Assembly: GCA_963663035.1 (NCBI GenBank)
Contig: OY760074.1
Span: 800,001-864,000, forward strand
From: Acidobacteriota bacterium
Lineage (GTDB): Bacteria > Acidobacteriota > UBA6911 > RPQK01 > JADFOI01
Direction of reading: 5' to 3'
DNA: 64,000 bases
Of the stretch, positions 1 through 9,653 are shown in pieces; the stretch's first letter is position 1; each line of letters starts with the position of its first letter. A program made the translations under genes and the position numbers. The notes under the pieces are model-generated. The model was not told the DNA's origin and did not search any database. It worked only from the letters and a program-made list of their open reading frames with translations.

Positions 1-5
1 AATCC

Positions 6-692
6 TTGATGCTGACGGGGGACCTGAATGTGGCGGTGGTGGAGTGGATCGTGCAATACCGGATCTCGGATCCTTATCTGTATCTTTTTAAGGTGCGCAA
101 CGTGGAAGACACTTTTCGTGACATGAATGAAGCGGTGATGCGACAGGTCGTGGGGGATCGGACGGTCACGGAGGTGCTGACCGTGGGTCGTCAGGAGATC
201 GAAAGCACCGTGCAAGTGATGCTGCAGGAAATGTGTAGTCAGTACGAAACGGGCATTACCATTGATCAGGTGGTCTTGCAGGATGTGAATCCTCCTGATC
301 CTGTGAAACCCTCCTGGGATGAAGTCAACCAGGCCCAGCAGCAGCGGGACCGATTAATCAACGAAGCGCAGGGCGAGTACAACCGGGTCATCCCACGGGC
401 ACAGGGCGAAGCCCAGCAGACTATTTTGCAGGCCGAAGGGTACGCGCTGGACCGGGTCAATCGTGCTGAAGGGGATTCCGCTCGCTTCAAGGCGCTTTAC
501 GAAGCCTATCGTCAGGCACCGACGGTCACCCGCCGGCGCATGTATCTGGAAACCATGGCCAAGGTGCTGCCCAAGATGGGGGGCAAGCTCTATATTGACA
601 GTGCTGCACAGGGAGTGATGCCGCTGCTTCCCCTGGAGACTCTGCGGGGTCTCAGCTCACCGGGTGGAGCATCAAACCGGGGGGAGGACTAA
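6..692 (+). CDS. hflK: FtsH protease modulator HflK (5'-truncated by window edge)
   Basis: SPFH domain (MLTGDLNVAVVEWIVQYRI...LQDVNPPDPV...AEGD..RF); overlaps hflC. Confidence 0.92.
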   Translation: MMLTGDLNVAVVEWIVQYRISDPYLYLFKVRNVEDTFRDMNEAVMRQVVGDRTVTEVLTVGRQEIESTVQVMLQEMCSQYETGITIDQVVLQDVNPPDPVKPSWDEVNQAQQQRDRLINEAQGEYNRVIPRAQGEAQQTILQAEGYALDRVNRAEGDSARFKALYEAYRQAPTVTRRRMYLETMAKVLPKMGGKLYIDSAAQGVMPLLPLETLRGLSSPGGASNRGED

Positions 693-1624
693 TGGACGTT
701 AAAACAAGCGCAGGTTTGCTCATTCTGGTCGTGCTGGTGGTTGGAACTTACGCCGCGGCTTATACCGTGGATGAAACACAGCAGGTCATTATCACCCGGT
801 TCGGAGAACCCGTTGGGAACGCAATTACCGATCCCGGCCTCAAGTTCAAGTTGCCTTTCATCGAGGTGGCCAACTTTTTTGATAAACGTTTCCTGGAATG
901 GGACGGAGATGCCAACCAGGTTCCTACCCGCGACAAGCGGTTCCTTTGGGTGGACTCCTATGCCCGCTGGCGGATCTCTGACCCTTTGAGGTTCTTTGAA
1001 CGCGTGCGCAACGAACTGGGAGCTCAATCCAGACTGGACGATATCCTGGATGGTGAAACCCGCAACTCCGTTGCACGTCATGATCTGGTGGAGGTTGTTC
1101 GAAGCACCAATCGGGAAGCCGACGCGAGCTTGTTGGATTCTGAAGAAGAGACAGCCGTTCTGGAAACCATTGAAAGGGGACGCCGGGAGATCGTCCGCAC
1201 GGTTTTGGAGACAGCTCGGACTCGCACTTCAGATCTGGGAATTGAACTCATGGACTTTCAGATCAAGCGGCTAAACTATGTGGAAGAGGTCCAGAGGGAT
1301 GTTTTCGCACGTATGATTGCCGAGCGCAACCGGGTCGCGGAGCGCTACCGTTCCGAGGGAGAAGGGGAAGCCGCCCGGATCCGGGGTGAGAGAGAGCGGG
1401 AACTGAAACGGATTCAGTCCGAAGCCTATCGGGTCGCTGAGGAATTGCAAGGCGATGCGGATGCGGAAGCGACGGGGACCTATGCAGAGGCCTATAACCG
1501 CGATGCCTCATTCTACGCCTTCATGAAGAGCCTGGAGACTCTGGAGGAGACCGCCGATGCCAACAGCACCTTGATCCTCAGCACCGATACTGAGCTGCTG
1601 GAATACCTGAAGCAAGCACAGTAA
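692..1624 (+). CDS. hflC: FtsH protease modulator HflC
   Basis: N-terminal TM, VDETQQVIITRFGEP...PGLKFKLPF, RMIAER...RSEG; GGAGG RBS. Confidence 0.93.
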   Translation: MDVKTSAGLLILVVLVVGTYAAAYTVDETQQVIITRFGEPVGNAITDPGLKFKLPFIEVANFFDKRFLEWDGDANQVPTRDKRFLWVDSYARWRISDPLRFFERVRNELGAQSRLDDILDGETRNSVARHDLVEVVRSTNREADASLLDSEEETAVLETIERGRREIVRTVLETARTRTSDLGIELMDFQIKRLNYVEEVQRDVFARMIAERNRVAERYRSEGEGEAARIRGERERELKRIQSEAYRVAEELQGDADAEATGTYAEAYNRDASFYAFMKSLETLEETADANSTLILSTDTELLEYLKQAQ

Positions 1625-1733
1625 CTCTCTGCGTTCGGATTCGGCACCTGAGGTGCCTCCCACGTTGAGGTTAGCTCCCTAGATTGCTGAAGGTGGGAGG
1701 GGCCCTCAGGCCCCGAATGGGTGTAGCACGAAG

Positions 1734-2474
1734 TCAGGAGTCAACTGAGTCTACCCCATTCCGAACGGCGATGATTTCGGCCAGGATCGAAACGGCGATC
1801 TCTTCGGGACGTCTTCCCCCTAAATTCAATCCGATGGGCGAGTGAATCCGCGATACCTGCTTATCGGTGATGCCCATCTCTTTGAGCGACGCCACTCGAC
1901 GGGCATGGGTCTTGCGGGAGCCAAGGGCGCCGATGTAACGGCAGGGACTCTCCAGGGCCAGTTTCAGGGCCGGATTATCCAATTTCTCGTCGTGACTGAG
2001 AGCCACCAAATAGGTCCCTTCGTTGAAATCCGATGGTGAGAGTACTTCCTGGGGCCACTTCACGATCAGCTCGTCGGCGTGGGAAAAGCGCTGGGGGGTG
2101 GCGAAGGCGGAACGGGGATCCACGACAATAGTCCGAAAGCCCAACACCTTGGCAAATGTGATCAGTGGGATGGCCGCATGGACTGCACCAATGATGATGA
2201 GTCTTGGGGATGGGGGAAACACTTCGATGAAGACCTCGCTCTTTTCTCCCTCCGAGTCGAAGGAGGCTCTCTCTGATTTCTGCTGCTGGAAAAGCGCCTC
2301 GGCATGCTGATGGACCTGCTGGTTCAGATCGGCTGGCTGAAGCTTTCCCTTACTCTGTCCGTCCGGCCAGATCAGCATCTTACTTCCCAGTCCCGGGCCG
2401 ACTATTACCGTGCAAAGAGCAATCAGCTGTTCAGCTTCCAGGGATTGACCTAGTTCCTGGTGAAGATTGGACAT
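1734..2474 (-). CDS. XdhC/CoxI family molybdoenzyme maturation factor, Rossmann-domain part
   Basis: LIIIGAVHAA, YIGALGSRK, SPIGLNLGGRRPEEIAVSILAEI; probable ATG at 2474. Confidence 0.85.
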   Translation of the reverse strand: MSNLHQELGQSLEAEQLIALCTVIVGPGLGSKMLIWPDGQSKGKLQPADLNQQVHQHAEALFQQQKSERASFDSEGEKSEVFIEVFPPSPRLIIIGAVHAAIPLITFAKVLGFRTIVVDPRSAFATPQRFSHADELIVKWPQEVLSPSDFNEGTYLVALSHDEKLDNPALKLALESPCRYIGALGSRKTHARRVASLKEMGITDKQVSRIHSPIGLNLGGRRPEEIAVSILAEIIAVRNGVDSVDS

Positions 2475-2481
2475 GGTGGTC

Positions 2482-2796
2482 TCATTCCTCGAGCAGCTCC
2501 ACAAAGACTTCGATCTCCCCTCCACAGGTTAGACCCACCGTCCATGCTTGTTCGTTGGTAATGCCGAATTTTACGAGCTTGGGCCGGCCTGATTCCATGA
2601 CTCCTCGAGCTTCCTCAACCACCGCTCCCTCGACGCAGCCACCACTGACGGAACCTACTATTTCGCCCTCTGAAGAGACGGCCATTTTCGAGCCCAGGGG
2701 ACGTGGACCCGATCCGTAAACCTTCACCACCGTGGCGATGGCGACTTGCTGGCCTGCCGCCTGCCACTGTTTGATATCTTTTAAAAGTTCGCGCAT
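2482..2796 (-). CDS. XdhC/CoxI family protein, N-terminal domain (split gene)
   Basis: ATVVKVYGSGPRPLGSKM, GSVSGGCVE, GLTCGGEIEVFVE. Confidence 0.88.
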   Translation of the reverse strand: MRELLKDIKQWQAAGQQVAIATVVKVYGSGPRPLGSKMAVSSEGEIVGSVSGGCVEGAVVEEARGVMESGRPKLVKFGITNEQAWTVGLTCGGEIEVFVELLEE

Positions 2797-2841
2797 TTCA
2801 AGACTCCCAATGCTAGCGTCCCTTCTGGGAAGGACACCTGT

Positions 2842-3693
2842 TCACATGAATCTCAAACCGGTAGTGATCGATACGACAACGGAGAGAATCGTCAGTACGA
2901 TACACAGGAGAGCAGCGATCTGATGATCTGTACGCTCAGGTGCCAGGGGGTCAAGCCACCTGGCCATCAGGTAGCCTCCGCCAAATCCTCCCGCATGAGC
3001 CCAGTTGTCGATACCCTGCATCACGAATCCAAAGACGAAAAGAATGACCGCGAAAGTCAGGGCCTGTTGACCCACCGCACTTCTCCCTCTTCTTCCCGCA
3101 TAAACGAGGGCTCCCAGGAGTCCGAAAACGGGAGCCGAGGCACCGATGGTCATCGTTGCCCCTCGCAGAGGCGAGGGAAGAAAGGTAAAATACGCCCCCA
3201 TCCAGCTGCTCAGAAAAAATCCGGTAATAGAAGAGACGGTATAGATGATGACGGTGCGGCCGATGCCATATTCGGATGACGTGGCTGGGGCCAGCTGGCG
3301 AATCCACATCATATTGAAGACGATGTGCAGTAATCCTCCGTGCAGCCAGGCAGCACTCAGTACGGTCCACCATCGTCCGGCCTGAAAGAAAGGCATCGCT
3401 CCGCTTGCTCCGAACAGAAAGAGGCTGCGTTGACTGGGAGAGAGCATAGTGAGAAGGCCGCCTCCCCGAATTCCAGAAGGGTCGGCCAACAGCATGGCGA
3501 TATAAAGACCGGCGCAGCCCCAGATGACCACCTGGACAAAACCAAGGTCCTGCCCCAGGCGTCTCAACAGGGAAGTATAGCCCCACATACCCGGGTTGGG
3601 ACGGTCGCAGTAGAAGCACTTCTCCTCGTTGACACTGACCAGCTTGTGACAGGAGGGGCAGACGATCGATCCCGTGGTTTGACGTTTGAACAT
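2842..3693 (-). CDS. Rhomboid intramembrane serine protease with N-terminal Zn ribbon
   Basis: CPSC..CFYC; WLHGGLLHIVFNM; GAS; AHAGG. Confidence 0.88.
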   Translation of the reverse strand: MFKRQTTGSIVCPSCHKLVSVNEEKCFYCDRPNPGMWGYTSLLRRLGQDLGFVQVVIWGCAGLYIAMLLADPSGIRGGGLLTMLSPSQRSLFLFGASGAMPFFQAGRWWTVLSAAWLHGGLLHIVFNMMWIRQLAPATSSEYGIGRTVIIYTVSSITGFFLSSWMGAYFTFLPSPLRGATMTIGASAPVFGLLGALVYAGRRGRSAVGQQALTFAVILFVFGFVMQGIDNWAHAGGFGGGYLMARWLDPLAPERTDHQIAALLCIVLTILSVVVSITTGLRFM

Positions 3694-3743
3694 AAATCTT
3701 CCCTATGCCGGGATGATGATATCATGACCGGCGCAGACGCCAT

Positions 3744-3770
3744 CTGACAGCTGACAACTGACAACTGACA
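3744..3770 (+). repeat. Heptamer tandem repeat (CTGACAR)x4
   Basis: ctgacag ctgacaa ctgacaa ctgaca. Confidence 0.85.
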
Positions 3771-3774
3771 TGTG

Positions 3775-4206
3775 TTAGGAGGCAGGAGGGCGGCTGGTCG
3801 GGTTCTTCTCTAGAAAATCCAACAGGATCTTTCGGTGGTCGAAGACGAGGCGGTCAAAGGGGAGCTCCTCGAGGGGATAAATGGCAGCCTCTTTGGCATC
3901 ACTGGCTGCCCTGGGCTTTCCCACTGAATCACCCACAAAAACCACAGAGACCGTGTGGAAGCGGGGGTCACGACTCGGATCGGAATAGACCCCCAGCAAG
4001 TAAGCCAGCTCGACATCCAGTCCGACCTCCTCTTTCATCTCCCGTACGGCAGCGGTTTCCACCGACTCCCCCACTTCAACAAAGCCGCCAGGTATGGCCA
4101 GGCCCAGGGGTGGTTTTTGACGGTCGATCAAAACGATGCCCTGCAAGTGGTCCCCCTCCCAGACCTGCAGAATCACATCTACCGTCAGTTTGGGTGTTTC
4201 GATCAT
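3775..4206 (-). CDS. NUDIX hydrolase
   Basis: Nudix box GGFVEVGESVETAAVREMKEEVG; SDPSRDPR. Confidence 0.92.
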   Translation of the reverse strand: MIETPKLTVDVILQVWEGDHLQGIVLIDRQKPPLGLAIPGGFVEVGESVETAAVREMKEEVGLDVELAYLLGVYSDPSRDPRFHTVSVVFVGDSVGKPRAASDAKEAAIYPLEELPFDRLVFDHRKILLDFLEKNPTSRPPAS

Positions 4207-4227
4207 CTCTGAAGGGATGGTTCTTGA

Positions 4228-4274
4228 CTCCTACCTCCTGACTCCTACCTCCTGACTCCTGACTCCTACCTCCT
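4228..4274 (+). repeat. Heptamer tandem repeat (CTCCTAC/CTCCTGA)
   Basis: About 7 units overlapping the pepF stop codon. Confidence 0.85.
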
Positions 4275-6065
4275 TCCCTCCATTTCCTCCGCCCTTGTGA
4301 TCAGCTTCTCGATGGCCGAGAGTCCCTCCTGCCAGAACTGGCTGTCATTGAGGTCGATTCCCAGCTTTCCCAGCAAAACGTGAGGCCAGTCCGATCCTCC
4401 CGATTCCAAGAGACCCAAATACCGTTTAACGAAGGCATCTCCCTCCTGTTGATATCGCGAGTAAAGTGCCAGAACGAGCAGCTCTCCGAAAGCGTACGCA
4501 TAGACGTATCCAGGCGTATGGAGGAAGTGAGGAATATAACTCCACCAAGTACTGTAGTGATCTCCCAGCTGGACACTCCCCTGAAACATGTCCCTTTGAG
4601 TTTCCATCCACAGTTCACTGAAGTGCTCAGAGGAAAGTTCGCCTTCGGTGCGGCGGGCCGTGTGGATCCGGTCCTCGAATCGGTTCATTGCCACCTGACG
4701 GAAGACGGTGGCCACGATGTCATCGATTTTGCTGACAACCATAGCAAGACGGGCGCTTGGGCTTTCTTCCTGTTCCATGAGGCTGTCGAAAGCGAGCATC
4801 TCTCCAAAGGTCGAGGCGGTCTCTGCCAGTGTCAAGGGGGTGTCGGATTGCAGAAAGCCCTGCTTGCGCGAAAGATATTGGTGTACTCCATGTCCCAGTT
4901 CGTGGGCCAGGGTTTCGACGTCACGAATGGTTCCCGCGTAATTCACCAACACGTAGGGGTGAGCACTGGGAACCGCTTGATGACTGAAGGCGCCTCCAAT
5001 TTTTCCGGCTTCAATCGGGGCATCGATCCACCGCTGCTTGAAAAAATCAGCCGCAATGGACCCCAATCGTGGATGAAAAGCTGTATAGGCCTTCACGGTG
5101 ATTTCCTGGGCCCGATCCCACGAGTAGAGAGTGTCTACCTTTTCCAAGGGCGCATATCGGTCGTAGTCATGGAGTTCTTCAAGTCCCAGTAACTTTCCCT
5201 TTAATTTGTAATAGCGTGCCACCAGGTCGTAGCGTTCTGTAATGGATTCGATCAGGGTCTGAACTGCTTCTGCAGAGATCTCGTTGGACAGATTGCGACT
5301 GGAAAGCCAGTTTGGATAGCTCCGCAGCTGGTCATCGGAGCTTTTATCTGCCAAGACAGTATTGAAGATATAGGTCAGCTCTCGCAGGTGGTGACCGAGA
5401 CCTTCAGTGAAGGAATCAGCAGCTCGCTTGCGCACCTTGCGATCAGCGCTGTAGAGCTTAGCCAGAATCTCCTGCTGGTTCAGTTCTTGATTGTCAAAGG
5501 AGAAGCGTGCTGATCCGAAAATTTCATCAAAGAAGCGATTCCAGGCATGGCGTCCAGTGAGGGCCTTCTCTGACAGGATCTTCTCCTCAGGCTCACCCAG
5601 GACATGGGGTTTGGCCAGGCGTTCACGCTCAAGGTAGTGCCGATAGGGGGCCAGTGGGGTACTCTTTAACAGCTTTTTAGCCTGTTTGTCTTCCAGCTGA
5701 ATCCACTCCAGCTCAAAAAACAGTATTGCCTGCTGAATCTGGGTGCTGACTTCACGGATTTTTTGCAGCAGTGCACCGCGCTTGGAGTCTTCCATATGTG
5801 TGCACCAGTTGAGATAGGCATAGGTGTGGGCCCGGCTCAGTCGCTCCTGTAGAGCCTCGAATTGCTGCAGTGCCGCAGCAAGCCCGCTATCATCCAGCGA
5901 AGCGACACGACCCCTGTACTGCTTGGCAAACTCTTCGGCGACCGCGGCGGCCCCTTGAAGATCACTTTCCAGGGCCTTCGAGTCGGGGTAAAGATCTGCC
6001 AGATTCCAATGGATCTCCTCTGCACCTGTTTTGGCTGGTTGTTGCTGGTTCACTTTTGGCCTCAC
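4266..6065 (-). CDS. pepF: M3 family oligoendopeptidase F
   Basis: WNLADLY N-terminus, TLAHELGHGVH, AETAS, HF..PGYVYAYAFG. Confidence 0.9.
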   Translation of the reverse strand: MRPKVNQQQPAKTGAEEIHWNLADLYPDSKALESDLQGAAAVAEEFAKQYRGRVASLDDSGLAAALQQFEALQERLSRAHTYAYLNWCTHMEDSKRGALLQKIREVSTQIQQAILFFELEWIQLEDKQAKKLLKSTPLAPYRHYLERERLAKPHVLGEPEEKILSEKALTGRHAWNRFFDEIFGSARFSFDNQELNQQEILAKLYSADRKVRKRAADSFTEGLGHHLRELTYIFNTVLADKSSDDQLRSYPNWLSSRNLSNEISAEAVQTLIESITERYDLVARYYKLKGKLLGLEELHDYDRYAPLEKVDTLYSWDRAQEITVKAYTAFHPRLGSIAADFFKQRWIDAPIEAGKIGGAFSHQAVPSAHPYVLVNYAGTIRDVETLAHELGHGVHQYLSRKQGFLQSDTPLTLAETASTFGEMLAFDSLMEQEESPSARLAMVVSKIDDIVATVFRQVAMNRFEDRIHTARRTEGELSSEHFSELWMETQRDMFQGSVQLGDHYSTWWSYIPHFLHTPGYVYAYAFGELLVLALYSRYQQEGDAFVKRYLGLLESGGSDWPHVLLGKLGIDLNDSQFWQEGLSAIEKLITRAEEMEGRR

Positions 6066-6538
6066 TGGTTTTCTGAGGACCTCCGGACCAGGATCAGGGC
6101 ATCCTCTCGCTCTTTCCCTATGGGGTAATAGCCCTTTCGAATACCGATTTTAACGAATCCTGAAGACTGATAGAGGTGGAGTGCCGGGTGATTGGAAGCT
6201 CTCACTTCCAGAAAGATGGCTTCGACTTGAGCGACACGGGCCAGCTCAATGAGATGGTTGAGCATCCTGCGTCCTTCGCCACGATGGCGGAGTTCGGGCC
6301 GGACGCACAGGTTCAAAATATGGGCGGTATTTCCTTCGATAGCCATGACGGCGTAGACTTGGACAAGACCCTCTTGTTCGAATACACGGCAGCGGTACCC
6401 TAAGGCCACACAGTCACGAAAGGAGCTCAAAAGCCATGGAGTTGGGAAGGTTGCTCTCTCGATCTCCACCACCTGCTGGAAATCTGATTCCTTCATCGAG
6501 CGAAGAGAGGAACGATTACTTTCCAGGCGCGAAATCAT
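6062..6538 (-). CDS. rimI: Ribosomal-protein-alanine N-acetyltransferase (GNAT)
   Basis: HILNLCV, LEVRASN..A..LY...GF...GIRKGYY. Confidence 0.88.
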   Translation of the reverse strand: MISRLESNRSSLRSMKESDFQQVVEIERATFPTPWLLSSFRDCVALGYRCRVFEQEGLVQVYAVMAIEGNTAHILNLCVRPELRHRGEGRRMLNHLIELARVAQVEAIFLEVRASNHPALHLYQSSGFVKIGIRKGYYPIGKEREDALILVRRSSENQ

Positions 6539-6688
6539 GGGCAGAAAAGCTGGAGAATAACATCAGGGTGTGTGACGATCAACCGGACAGTCCCCCAACT
6601 CTCCAGTCATCTTTCCGACACAGGAGCGCCGCTAAAGTTTCCACAGTCATTTGCTCCCATGTACAATGAGTTCAACCAAGGAGAAAAG

Positions 6689-8089
6689 ATGAAAAGGTAC
6701 CATTCTTTTTACCTGCTGCTAGCTGTATGCCTGTTCTGGATGGCCACTGACAAGGCCGAAGCCTTGGAACTCGAGGTTGGTCAGGCCTTTCCCAATATGC
6801 TGCTGCCTTCTTTGGAGGGCCCTCCGAGTTCGATAGCAGATTTTCGAGGAGACAAACTCATTGTGCACATATGGGCCTCCTGGTGAGCCGGCTGCCGAAG
6901 GCATGTGCCCGTGTGGCACGAAGCGACCAAAGAGGTACAGAAACAGGGCAAGGTGAAGATGGTTGGCATCATTTTGGAGCAGCATCCCGACCGCACCCGA
7001 CTTTTCATGCAATGGAAAGGGATGGACTGGCCCATTCTGATCGACTCCTTTAATCTTTTGGAGTCTTCTGCGGTGCCGATCACCTTGTTCATTGATGAAT
7101 ACGGAGTCATTCGAAGCGTCCGGCCAGCCGTGGAAGAACTGGACGATTTTCTCAATCGAACTTACCCGGAAACGGCCCCACCACCTCTGGCCGGGTTGCC
7201 TGACTTTGAGCAGCTCAAGGAGGCGACCAGGAAGAATAGCGTTGGGTCTTGGCGGGCTTATGCCAGGGCAGTCAGTTTATGGGGGCAGCCTTCTCAGATC
7301 AGTGAGGCGATTGAGGCTTATCAACAGGCACTTGAGAAAGAGCCGGAGCACGGTCCCACCAACTTCGAACTGGGCGTGGCATATCGCAAGCGCTACGACT
7401 CGGACGATCGTCAGCCGGAAGATTTCCAGAAGGCCGTGGAGAATTTGGGTCAGGCGCTGGATATCGATCCCAATCAATACATTTGGCGCCGTCGAATACA
7501 GCAATACGAGCCACGCCTGGACAAGCCCTATTCCTTCTATGACTGGGTGACGACAGCTCGTCAGGAGATAGCCGAGCGAGGGGATACACCGGCCCAGCTC
7601 CCGGTGGAGCCAGGTGGAGCCGAGTTCGCCTATCCCACTGAGAGTTTCGAGACTGCCGAAGCTGAGAGAGAGGACCCTGATCCGCGAGGCCGGATCTTTC
7701 GTGATGAGAAGGGCTTCGTACAGGTGGAAACTACGGTTGTTCCAGCGGCAGTAGCTGCCGGTGACACTGCGCGGATCCACCTCGTCTTTCGACCCAACCT
7801 ACAGGTCAAAGCTCACTGGAACAATGAGGTAGAGGACTTGGTGTTTTGGGTTGATCCACCTGAAGGCTGGCAAGTGGACAATCACTATGTGACTGTAGCC
7901 AATCCACCTGAAGCGATTAGCCAGGAGACCCGCAAGGTGGAGTTTGAGTTGCGCAGCCCGGAAAAGCCAGCCGGTTCTGTGACCGTTCCGGCTTATGCGC
8001 TTTACTACGTGTGTGAGGATATCGATGGCACCTGCCTCTATCGCCGTCAAGATATCCCGCTGCAAGTTCAGGTCAGCTCCGGGCAATGA
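6689..8089 (+). CDS. Exported TlpA/thioredoxin-fold selenoprotein (UxxC) fused to TPR-like and DsbD-N-like domains
   Basis: In-frame TGA at 6884-6886 in HIWASW-U-AGC joins ORFs 6572..6886 and 6905..8089; signal peptide; C-terminal YYVC..GTC. Confidence 0.82.
6893..6920 (+). promoter_or_regulatory. Candidate bacterial SECIS hairpin(s)
   Basis: TGCC-GAA-GGCA and GTGCC-CGTGT-GGCAC immediately 3' of the UGA. Confidence 0.45.
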
Positions 8090-8106
8090 CCAAGGGCACT
8101 GTGAGA

Positions 8107-8182
8107 GGCCCGCAGGCTAAAGCCTGCGGCTCTGATGGAGCTAGTCCAAACAGTCAGAGCCGTGGGCTTCAGCCCACGGGCC
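8107..8182. repeat. REP doublet (REPIN-like), two inverted palindromic units
   Basis: ggcccgcaggctaaagcctgcggctctga ... tcagagccgtgggcttcagcccacgggcc. Confidence 0.8.
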
Positions 8183-8206
8183 AGGCCCGTGGAGCGCTCA
8201 GAGTCC

Positions 8207-8668
8207 TTATGCGGTGTGCACCTGGGACGTGGAGACCGTTCTGTGGCCGGTGCTGTGGCTTCTCAGCCACCGGTAACTGACTCCTAGGATGGCACCGAAA
8301 ACCAGATGACCATACAGGCTGGGAAGCATCTGGGAAGCTGCTGCGGCATTCCAGTTGACAGCAAAGCCCATTCCCATGAACAGTGGCATCAAAGTCAGCG
8401 GTCCCAGAAACCACCAGGTTGCACCGTAGAGGAGGCCGTAGCCCAATCCGCCGCTGGTGCTGTGCAGGAAGCGGTCAAAGATGACCGCAAACGAGATGCC
8501 GATCAGGGTGCTGATGACCAGGTGAACCAGGAAGCCCACTGCGGCCGAGGGCACTCCCACCATCATACCGATCATGGGAAGCATCCCCATCGTTGCCATC
8601 ATGGCTCCGAAGACCACTCCACCGGCCAGACCAGCGTAAATACCAGGTTTAAGATTTTTCACATTCAT
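8207..8668 (-). CDS. Four-TM membrane protein of unknown function (conserved-looking His in TMs)
   Basis: Hydrophobic, HLVIS and HLVFG motifs, AAGGAGG RBS; divergent from the ECF sigma gene. Confidence 0.8.
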   Translation of the reverse strand: MNVKNLKPGIYAGLAGGVVFGAMMATMGMLPMIGMMVGVPSAAVGFLVHLVISTLIGISFAVIFDRFLHSTSGGLGYGLLYGATWWFLGPLTLMPLFMGMGFAVNWNAAAASQMLPSLYGHLVFGAILGVSYRWLRSHSTGHRTVSTSQVHTA

Positions 8669-8802
8669 GATGTTACCTCCTTAGTGTTGGTAAAAGTTTT
8701 CTCTTCCTTTACACTTGCCTCCATCGGGAGGCCTGAGTTCTGTCCCGATCCACTAGTGAGTGTCCCCAGGGTTCGAATGCTTACACCTCCTGCGAGCCTG
8801 TG

Positions 8803-9381
8803 ATGGCGATGGACGATCCGCAATTTGCAGAGAAAATACGGGCAGAAGACCCGGAAGCGCTCCGAAGCGGTGTCGAGACTTACCTGGGCCAGATTCACCG
8901 CACCGCTCTGGGCGCGGGTCTGGGTCCAGAGCGCGCCCGCGAAGTGACTCAAGCCACCTTTGCCACTTTTATTGAGAAGGCACCCAGCTTTGAAGGACGG
9001 TCACACGTGCGCACCTGGCTGTTCGGAATCCTCTACCACAAGATCAGGGAGGCTCGCCGCGGATTACAGCAGGAACGCCAGATGGATGAGATCGAGGACG
9101 TGTTCGAAGGACGGTTCGATGCCAAAGGCAGTTGGGTCCGTCCACCACATCCCGTCGACCTTCAGCTCTATGATTCGGAAATCAGGGAGTTTTTCGAGGA
9201 CTGCCTGGAAAAGGTACCGACCCAGCAGCGAATGGCATTTGTTTTACGCGAGGTGGATGAATTGAGCAGCAAAGAAATTTGTAAGATTCTAAACATTTCC
9301 AACACTAACCTAGGAGTACTCATGTATCGGGTGCGTAACCGTCTTCGGGAATGCTTGGAGGCCAAAGGCGTGAAGAGGTAG
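8803..9381 (+). CDS. ECF RNA polymerase sigma factor
   Basis: FEGRSHVRTWLFGIL, FVLREVDELSSKEICKIL, YRVRNRLRECL. Confidence 0.9.
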   Translation: MAMDDPQFAEKIRAEDPEALRSGVETYLGQIHRTALGAGLGPERAREVTQATFATFIEKAPSFEGRSHVRTWLFGILYHKIREARRGLQQERQMDEIEDVFEGRFDAKGSWVRPPHPVDLQLYDSEIREFFEDCLEKVPTQQRMAFVLREVDELSSKEICKILNISNTNLGVLMYRVRNRLRECLEAKGVKR

Positions 9382-9386
9382 CGGGG

Positions 9387-9653
9387 ATGGGATGTTGCAG
9401 GGACATTACAGAGAAACTTGCCAGTGACGAGTTCAGAGAGGCCAGCCTGTGGAAGCGGCTCACAGTCCGTTTCCATCTGCTCATGTGTCGCCATTGTCGG
9501 CGCTACGCTGCGCAACTGAAAACCATCGGCGAGATAGCCAGGGATCTATGGGGACCCCAAAGCGAAGACCCTTCTACACTCGAGAGTTTAGAACGTGAAA
9601 TTCTGGAAACCACCCGTCGCGATCACGAGGGTGGTAGGATAGACTCCCCATGA
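9387..9653 (+). CDS. Zinc-binding anti-sigma factor (zf-HC2)
   Basis: C...HLLMCRHC motif directly after the sigma gene. Confidence 0.85.
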   Translation: MGCCRDITEKLASDEFREASLWKRLTVRFHLLMCRHCRRYAAQLKTIGEIARDLWGPQSEDPSTLESLEREILETTRRDHEGGRIDSP

